Source: a virus
Lineage: Duplodnaviria; Caudoviricetes
Direction: 5' to 3' (one strand)
DNA length: 64,000 nt
Virus record (IMG/VR): IMGVR_UViG_3300033070_001349
Coordinates: 1 to 64,000 of that record
Below the pieces are notes generated by a model. It saw only the letters and a list, made by a program, of their open reading frames with translations. It searched no databases and had not been told where the DNA came from. Within the stretch, counting starts at the first letter, position 1; each line of letters opens with the position of its first letter. Of the stretch, positions 52,520 to 58,589 are shown one piece after another. The translations under genes and the position numbers were made by a program.

Positions 52520-53032
52520 GTGCGTGCGGTGTCGGCGATCCTGGCGGTGTCCCTACTACTACTCTCCGCCGCCTTGCTTCCCCTCTGGCGTAGAGTTCGG
52601 TCGCGCGGGGTACGGCTCGCGACGGTCCCCCCGCCGCCCCCGCCGTTGCCCCTGATCCTCGTGATCGAGGACTACGAGCCCATCGCCTACGGACTGTGCG
52701 TCGAGCTCACCCGGCTACCGGCAGACGTGAAGTGCGCCAAGACCGCGGCGGAGGCGAGGCGGCTCCTCGAAGACACCCGTTTCGAGGCTGCGGTCATCGA
52801 CCTGTCCCTGCCCGATGGGTCCGGCCTCGACATCGCCTGCGGGATACGGCGGGGACTCTTCGCCTGCGGGGCGTCGATCCCCCTGGTGGTCGTCACGGGC
52901 GTCCCCGCGAAGGTCGAGGAGATCCGCATCGCCTGCGGGGCCGACCTCGTGCTCACCAAGCCCTTCCAGGCCGAGGACGTGCGGGCCGAGGTGATACGGC
53001 TCCTGAGGGACCCGAGCAAGGCAACGAACTAA
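52520..53032 (+). CDS. response-regulator receiver domain with an N-terminal hydrophobic anchor
   Basis: ILVIED, IDLSLPDGSGLD, VVVTG, GADLVLTKPF; upstream promoter-like TTGACC-N18-TAGATT at 52457-52486. Confidence 0.85.
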   Translation: MRAVSAILAVSLLLLSAALLPLWRRVRSRGVRLATVPPPPPPLPLILVIEDYEPIAYGLCVELTRLPADVKCAKTAAEARRLLEDTRFEAAVIDLSLPDGSGLDIACGIRRGLFACGASIPLVVVTGVPAKVEEIRIACGADLVLTKPFQAEDVRAEVIRLLRDPSKATN

Positions 53033-53037
53033 GGCCC

Positions 53038-53066
53038 TTGACTACCTGCTATCTATGACATAGATT
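53038..53066 (+). promoter_or_regulatory. class-I promoter, leaderless arrangement
   Basis: TTGACT-N17-TAGATT-N6-ATG(53073). Confidence 0.8.
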
Positions 53067-53072
53067 AGCAGC

Positions 53073-54850
53073 ATGACCCACCGCGAACCTCTCCCCGAAC
53101 CCGAGTACGACTCCGTCGAGGCCTTCGTCGAGCACTGCTGCGAGGACAACCGGACGACGTTCCGCCCCGGGGACGCCCAGAAGGTCGCCCGCCGCACGAA
53201 GGCCTCGGTGCGGTCGGTCCTCGACGCCCTGACCTCGTACGGCCTCTCGGTGGCCGTCGAGTCCAACGCGCGGATCCGGGGCTTCACCACGAGCTCGAAC
53301 GATCGGTACTTCGGCCCCGGGTCCGAGCCCATGCACGGCGGGTCGGGGTGGGTCCAGATCAACGGTTTCGCCACACAAGAGGGGTACTGACCATGACCCA
53401 GCGCCGATCCTACGAGTCCGCCTTGAGCGCGATGCTCCCCTCCGTGTTCGAGGGTGTAGTGTCCGCGATGGGCGCCCGATCCGACATTCCCGGAGAGGCG
53501 GCCCCTCCCCGGTCCCGTGCGGTGGCCCTCACGCTGTGGGCCGCCGCGCGCAAGCGCCTGTGGGACCTTCAGGAAGCGATGTACCGCGCGAATCCGGGGT
53601 ACTCTGGCGCGGACTTCTTCGTCGAGACCCCCGAGCCCCCCGCCGAGAAGACCTGGGCCCTCACCGCCGATGTGAGGTCGGTCCGGGTGGTGACCTACAA
53701 CGACCTCGCCAAGGCCTACGTCGAGTTCGTGGGCCCCTCGACGCTTCTCCGGCCCGGCGAGCGGGTCTTCATCGCCGCGGAGACACTCCTCGCCCTCGGG
53801 GAGCAGATCCGACCCGAGGAGACCGACGACCTCGCGCGGCTCCGGGCGGGCATGGCCCCGGTCAGGCTCATGCTCCTCGTCCTCGCCCGCGCCGACCGGA
53901 CGCCGTGGGCGAACTACCTCGTCACGCCTTGACAGCCCCCCGGCCTCGCCGGGTAGGAGCGCCGCCATGATGAACCTTCTTCCCTCTCTCCCCCCAAACG
54001 TCGTGAGGGCCCGCGAGCTCGCCGAGGCCGCGGCCTCCATCTACGGCACCGACCCCTCCCGGATCGAGGTTCGCACCCGCGCGGTCGGCCCCCTCACCAC
54101 CCTCACCACGGGGCTCCTCGGGTTCCGCACCGTGGCGACCGTCATCCTCGACGGCGAGGAGGTCGTCAGGACCCACCCCGTCGAGGACGAGGACCTCGCC
54201 CTCGAAGCCCTCGGGTGGCTCTCGTGACCGGCTACTTCGACGAGTACGCCCGCTGCGTTCAGGACGCCGACCCCTACGAGGGCCCCAACAACTTCGAGAC
54301 CCTGGAGCGGGAGCTCGTGGCCGACGTGACCCTCGTGGCCGAGGCCCCCGGACTCCCCCAGCGCTACCGCCGGAAGATCCACGCCCTCGTCCGTGGGCTC
54401 GGGGTCGCCACGGCGGAAAAGGGCTTCCCCGGCTACGACCCGGAGACCCACGACGCCCACCGGCAACAGCCCGCCCAGCTCGGGAGCGACCTCCACTCCC
54501 TCTTCCACGACATCGCCCGGACGGTCCCCGGCCTCACCGACTACCCCACATCCTACCGGATGCGCGTGGACACCCGAGGGAGCGACTACCGCGCGGCGAT
54601 GCACGCGGGGACGCTCGAAGCGCTCCTCGTCCTGAGGACCCAGGTGGAGATGGGGCTCCGGCTCCTCCCCCTGGCCCGGCTGGAAGCCCTCCGCGCGAGC
54701 CTGTTCTACCCACGGTGGGACCGCCTCGACGGGCTCTCGGCCTCCGAGCACGCGGAGGGCATCCTCCTCTGGGCGGGCCTCGACGCCGACTCCCTAGAGG
54801 CGGTGGTTTCCGGTATCGGCGACGTGGTGAAAACCGTCGATCGTCCTTGA
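53073..54850 (+). CDS. four hypothetical genes
   Basis: 53073-53390, 53393-53932, 53967-54227, 54224-54850. Confidence 0.55.
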
Positions 54851-55001
54851 CGAGACCCTCCCATATCGTAGATTGTAAGGGTCGGGTGGCGCGGCCACCG
54901 GACCCCGATCCAGAGCGATCGGGCTCACCCCTCCGGCGGTTCGGAGGGGCGCCGGGCCACCGGCCCACCACACCGACCCAAGGAAAGAGACAGCACACCC
55001 C
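54847..55001 (+). promoter_or_regulatory. promoter plus multibranched structured 5' leader of the HU gene
   Basis: TTGACG-N16-TAGATT; GGGTCGG/CCGACCC closing stem around four hairpins. Confidence 0.65.
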
Positions 55002-55376
55002 ATGGCCTCCACCAAGAAGACAGCCTCGAAGCCCGCCGCCAAGGCCCCCGCGTCCACCCCGAAGCGGTCGCCCGCCCCGGCGACCAAGAAGGCGATGATC
55101 GACGCCCTCGCCGCCTCGACGGGCGAGTCGAAGAAGAGCATCGACAAGGTGCTCCATGCTTTCGGGGCGTACGCCCTCTCCGAGGTCCAGGGCCGCGGCG
55201 CGGTGATCGTCCCCGGCATCGGCAAGATCCGCAAGGCGGTCCGCCCGGCCCGCCCCGAGCGCACGGGCCGCGACCCGCGGACGCAGCAGAGCCGCACCTT
55301 CCCGGCGATCCCGGCGAAGAGCGTGGCGCGCTTCCGCTTCGCCAAGGCCTTCAAGACCGGCGTCGAGTCGGTCTGA
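55002..55376 (+). CDS. hup: HU/IHF-family DNA-binding protein with a Lys/Ala/Pro-rich N-terminal tail
   Basis: TKKAMIDALAASTGESKK, VIVPGIGK, RTGRDPRT, IPAKSVARF. Confidence 0.88.
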   Translation: MASTKKTASKPAAKAPASTPKRSPAPATKKAMIDALAASTGESKKSIDKVLHAFGAYALSEVQGRGAVIVPGIGKIRKAVRPARPERTGRDPRTQQSRTFPAIPAKSVARFRFAKAFKTGVESV

Positions 55377-55406
55377 CCCTCCCGCCCTGACCCATCCCCT
55401 CCCCCC

Positions 55407-55724
55407 GTGGACTACCGCAAGCCCTTCCGGGTGCTCAGGGCCGCCAGGAACCTGAGCCAGAAGGAGCTCGCGGCGCGGATGGGGGTCACCCCCACCGTCA
55501 TCTCCCTCGCCGAGACCGGCGCCAGGAAGCCCTCCCGCGAGGTGGTCGAGCGAGCCGCTCGGGCCCTCGGGGTCTCCCTCCCCCTCTTCACGACCCTGGC
55601 CATGACCCCTGAGGCGTTCGCCGCCCTGACGCCTGCCGTCGTGGAGGGGGTGACCGCCGAGCTCCTCTCGGTGGTCCTCTCAGGGGAACATGGCCCCGCC
55701 GCGACCCCGCCCCCTCCGAATTGA
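55407..55724 (+). CDS. XRE-family HTH regulator
   Basis: LRAARNLSQKELAARMGVTPTVISLAETGARKPS. Confidence 0.85.
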   Translation: MDYRKPFRVLRAARNLSQKELAARMGVTPTVISLAETGARKPSREVVERAARALGVSLPLFTTLAMTPEAFAALTPAVVEGVTAELLSVVLSGEHGPAATPPPPN

Positions 55725-55754
55725 CTACGCCTAGACACCTGATAGATTGGTGTC

Positions 55755-55949
55755 ATGCGCGACCAGTCTGTCCAGGCCGTCCACGAGCCCGTGGAGGGCT
55801 CCAAGCTCCGCATCCATCGGGGGGTCTACGCCGGGAAGGTCGGTGTGGTTCGGGGGCCCTACGCCGACCCGGTCCGCCCGGCGGGGTACAAGGTCGTCAT
55901 CGAAGGGGTCGCCACGGTCGTCTTCACTTTCGAGACGATGGCCCCTTGA
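55755..55949 (+). CDS. small KOW/SH3-like protein with its own leaderless promoter (55721-55748)
   Basis: LRIHRGVYAGKVGVV; TTGACT-N16-TAGATT-N6-ATG. Confidence 0.5.
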   Translation: MRDQSVQAVHEPVEGSKLRIHRGVYAGKVGVVRGPYADPVRPAGYKVVIEGVATVVFTFETMAP

Positions 55950-55973
55950 CTCCTCCAATCTAGGACATAGAAT
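55946..55973 (+). promoter_or_regulatory. promoter of the ncRNA island
   Basis: TTGACT-N16-TAGAAT. Confidence 0.8.
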
Positions 55974-55982
55974 ACAACTCGT

Positions 55983-56202
55983 GAGCGGCTCGATCGGTGA
56001 GCCCTTCGCGAACACCTCAAACGGACCCCCCGGACCATCCTCCGGGAGCGAAGGGCGAGGTGACGACGATCTAGCCCGCGACGCAGGCGAGGAGCTTGCG
56101 GAAGCAACCCGAGGAGGGGAGCGCGTCGGGCACTACGAGGGCGGACTGGGCCCCCGAAAAGGATCGAGGCAGCGCGCGAAGGATTCACCGATCGAGCCGC
56201 TC
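55983..56202 (+). ncRNA. 220-nt structured RNA closed by a 28-bp stem
   Basis: 55983-56010 pairs with 56175-56202 (one G-U, one mismatch); internal hairpins. Confidence 0.75.
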
Positions 56203-56207
56203 CAACC

Positions 56208-56284
56208 CCTCGCGTGGCGCAAAGCAGACGCGCTCCGTTCAGACCGGAGACATAGTGCGGGTTCGAGACCCGCGGCGAGGACCA
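56208..56284 (+). tRNA. atypical tRNA-Leu(CAG)
   Basis: CTCCG-TTCAGAC-CGGAG, GCGGG-TTCGAGA-CCCGC, 3' ACCA; G7:G66 mismatch, no D-loop GG, 7-nt variable region. Confidence 0.7.
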
Positions 56285-56307
56285 GACCGCTCCCGCAGAC
56301 CACCCCC

Positions 56308-56323
56308 GGAGTCATATGACTCC
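56308..56323. repeat. 16-bp palindrome, copy 13 (fully symmetric, 7 bp upstream of a -35)
   Basis: GGAGTCA-TA-TGACTCC. Confidence 0.92.
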
Positions 56324-56330
56324 AAGCCCG

Positions 56331-56358
56331 TTGACCTGACGGGCCTGCGTGATAGGTT
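56331..56358 (+). promoter_or_regulatory. second ncRNA promoter
   Basis: TTGACC-N16-TAGGTT. Confidence 0.75.
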
Positions 56359-56364
56359 GCAGTT

Positions 56365-56459
56365 GTTCAGACCCGGGGCCCTCCGAGACGGTCTCCTCCC
56401 CCGTGCCCCCTCGCGGCTCCCCGCCCGCCGCGAATCCTCCGAGGGCCCCGGGCCTGGGC
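56365..56459 (+). ncRNA. 95-nt RNA with a long terminal stem and two C-rich loops
   Basis: CCCGGGGCCCTC/GAGGGCCCCGGG; loops TCTCCTCCC and TCCCCGCCC; starts at the predicted +1. Confidence 0.65.
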
Positions 56460-56470
56460 GTTCGTTCGAT

Positions 56471-56547
56471 TCTCCCGTAGCTCAATTGGCTAGAGCACCG
56501 GCTTCCTAAGCCGGTTGTTGCAGGTTCGAGTCCTGCCGGGGGTGCCA
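56471..56547 (+). tRNA. tRNA-Arg(CCT)
   Basis: Cloverleaf GCTC/GAGC, CCGGC-TTCCTAA-GCCGG, GCAGG-TTCGAGT-CCTGC, 3' GCCA; U1:U72 mismatch. Confidence 0.92.
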
Positions 56548-56688
56548 TCCGTCGTCCAAGTTTAGGACGCTCGCTGATCGACCATCGGGGACGCCCGGGG
56601 CGGTCCGACCGGGGTCGCTCCCTGGAGTACCTGCGAGAGATGCTGTCTGTCCGCCCCTCCATAAGGGGGGCGGTGAGCAGCCGGACCA
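56548..56688 (+). ncRNA. tRNA-derived RNA with a 58-nt anticodon-loop insert and an expanded T-arm
   Basis: TCCG/CGGA plus CCA; D-arm GTCC/GGAC; CTCGC/GCGAG; AGAT; GCTG/CAGC. Confidence 0.55.
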
Positions 56689-56720
56689 ATTCACCCTGAC
56701 AGAGAAAAGGACGTGCGAAC

Positions 56721-57035
56721 ATGGCGAGCGAGATGGAGAAGATCCTCAAGGACCTCCCGGTGGGCTACATCGAAGACATGGTCTCCGCGGACCCGGCGAA
56801 GCTCCGGGACGAGATCGTGAAGGCGGACGCCCGCGCGGCCGAGATCAAGCGGGAGATGAAGGCCGACGAGAAGCTCGCGGGGGCCCGCGAGATCGTCAAG
56901 GACCTGTCCGGGGGCTACCGCGACGCCCTCAAGGCCCAGGCCGCCAAGGTGGCGTGGTGCCTCCACGAGCTCGACGAGAAGGGCCAGCCGGTCGACACGG
57001 GCTCCGAGGAGCCGGTCCCGGTGCCCGAGAAGTAG
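56721..57035 (+). CDS. hypothetical coiled-coil protein inside the RNA island
   Basis: AAGGA SD, 104-aa charged helical ORF. Confidence 0.7.
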   Translation: MASEMEKILKDLPVGYIEDMVSADPAKLRDEIVKADARAAEIKREMKADEKLAGAREIVKDLSGGYRDALKAQAAKVAWCLHELDEKGQPVDTGSEEPVPVPEK

Positions 57036-57039
57036 CTAC

Positions 57040-57164
57040 GGCCGGGTCGTCCAACGGCAAGACGACCGGAACCTCCCCCAGGTGAGCGCTTGCCCGGGAG
57101 GAGGGCCCGAGGGTAGATCGCCCTCGGTGGGGAGATGCGGGTTCGAGTCCCGCCCCGGCGACCA
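57040..57164 (+). ncRNA. tRNA-like RNA with the anticodon arm replaced by a multi-hairpin insert
   Basis: GCCGGG/CCCGGC plus ACCA; D-arm GTC-CAACGGCAA-GAC; T-arm GCGGG-TTCGAGT-CCCGC. Confidence 0.7.
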
Positions 57165-57264
57165 GCTTGACGGAGGCCCAGGTTCAACTCCGGGCACTTC
57201 TCCTCGGAGGGGTGTGGTGTAGGAGGTACGTCCCCCCGGGGGCGAGGCCGCGCACCGTCGAGCT
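57164..57264 (+). ncRNA. YrlA/Y-RNA-like circularly permuted tRNA mimic
   Basis: Outer stem AGCTTGACGG/CCGTCGAGCT; T-arm, loop-closed acceptor stem, D-arm in that order. Confidence 0.6.
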
Positions 57265-57292
57265 CCTCTATTCAACTACCGAGGTCCGCACC

Positions 57293-57547
57293 ATGAGCAT
57301 CCTGACCCGCCTCGCGCACCACCTCCACCTCGCGACCCGGGACTACCTCCGCTCCCGCGGGGAGACCCCCGGGATCTGGGGGGAGCGCCGCGAGCTCTAC
57401 GACAGGTGCCATCAGGCCTACGCCCAGGGCCGAACCTCGGAGGCCCGCGCCCTCCTCGACACGCTGAAGCTCGACCCGACGGGGATCGAGGCGGACCTCG
57501 TCCGCCTGGAGCTCCTCGTCCGCCGGAAGGAGTCGCTCGCCACATGA
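57293..57547 (+). CDS. hypothetical protein
   Basis: GAGG SD, ATGA-coupled to the AlkB-like gene. Confidence 0.55.
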   Translation: MSILTRLAHHLHLATRDYLRSRGETPGIWGERRELYDRCHQAYAQGRTSEARALLDTLKLDPTGIEADLVRLELLVRRKESLAT

Positions 57548-58158
57548 CCAAGCCCACCTACACCCCCCGCTACGTCGCCTCCATCCTCCCCGCCGGGGGC
57601 CTGCCCGAGCACAAGCTCTACGACTCCGTCCTCGCGACCCTGCGGGACGAGGCACAGTGGGACGACACGCACGACGCCCCGCGGTCGGAGTGCTTCATGG
57701 CCGAGGACCAGGGGGCGGTCTACTCCTACGGGTCGCAGGCCCGGGGACGGACCTACAAGGCCACGCCCATGCACCCCCTGGTCAAGGCGATCATGGACGG
57801 GATGAACGCCGACCTCAAGACGGCGTACAACGTGTGCGTCCTGAACCGCTACAAGGACGGCCACCAACACCTGGGGTGGCACTGCGACGACAGCCCCGAG
57901 CAGGACAAGGACCACCCCATCGCGGTCGTATCGTTCGGGGCCGAGCGGGCGATCTGGACCCGCGTCAACGGGCACAAGGGCCCGATCCCCGACGAGGACA
58001 AGTACCTCCTCGGCCAGGGGAGCCTCTTCGTGATGCCGGTGGGCTACCAGGACACGCATCAGCACAAGATCCCCAAGCACGACCGGGAGTGCGGAATGCG
58101 CATCTCCCTCACCTTCCGCAAGCTCGACGTGCTCGTGCCGATGCTGGGGGCGGGGTGA
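57544..58158 (+). CDS. AlkB-family 2OG-Fe(II) dioxygenase (ALKBH2/3-like)
   Basis: LNRYKDG..LGWHCDD, IAVVSFGAER, GSLFVM, HKIPK, RISLTFR. Confidence 0.92.
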   Translation: MTKPTYTPRYVASILPAGGLPEHKLYDSVLATLRDEAQWDDTHDAPRSECFMAEDQGAVYSYGSQARGRTYKATPMHPLVKAIMDGMNADLKTAYNVCVLNRYKDGHQHLGWHCDDSPEQDKDHPIAVVSFGAERAIWTRVNGHKGPIPDEDKYLLGQGSLFVMPVGYQDTHQHKIPKHDRECGMRISLTFRKLDVLVPMLGAG

Positions 58159-58589
58159 TCCGTTCGGGCCGCGTCGTCGTCCCCTTCGGCCCGAGGGCCC
58201 CGGCCAGTCTCCGCATCGGCGGGACCGGAGCCAGGGCCCTCGGGTGCGTAGCTCGGGGCGCCACGGGCCGATCCACCCCACCGCGGCCCTTCCTCCGGTG
58301 CGAGCCCGAGCGTCAGGACGACTGGCGCTCCTACCCCACGATCGCCCCTTTCCGACCGACCTACTGGTGGCTCCGGCACCGTGAGGACCTCGTGGTCAAC
58401 GTCCTCGTGGTGCGGGTGGAGTGGACCCGCTGCTCGGACAACCCCCTCGACGGGGTGGTGATCGACGCCGAGTGGAGCGAGCCGCCCTACACCCTGCGAA
58501 CCTTCCTCGACCTCCTCGCGACCTGGACCGACGTTCGGTGGGCCCGGGTCCCCCAGCATCCCCCCATCCCCAACACGAGAGTCCTATGA
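58155..58589 (+). CDS. hypothetical protein
   Basis: Coupled by 4-bp overlaps on both sides. Confidence 0.45.
   Translation: MIRSGRVVVPFGPRAPASLRIGGTGARALGCVARGATGRSTPPRPFLRCEPERQDDWRSYPTIAPFRPTYWWLRHREDLVVNVLVVRVEWTRCSDNPLDGVVIDAEWSEPPYTLRTFLDLLATWTDVRWARVPQHPPIPNTRVL

Noticed and set aside
55983-56202. Retron msr-msd (terminal inverted repeats resemble a1/a2)
   Set aside because: No reverse transcriptase in the window and no long msd hairpin; revisit only if an RT exists elsewhere in the genome.
56231-56249. TCA (Sec/opal suppressor) reading of the tRNA at 56208
   Set aside because: The perfect stem CTCCG/CGGAG centres CAG; TGA and TAG both end genes normally, so there is no sign of recoding.
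57040-57164. tmRNA or group I intron-containing tRNA
   Set aside because: No G3-U70 pair, no tag ORF, a D-stem is present, and the insert is far too short for a self-splicing intron.
37325-57550. Partial palindrome matches (GACCACATGACC ~37330, GCCCACATGGCC ~39532, GCCACATGACC ~57539)
   Set aside because: Only the inner 8-10 bp match and the GAG/CTC outer arms are missing.
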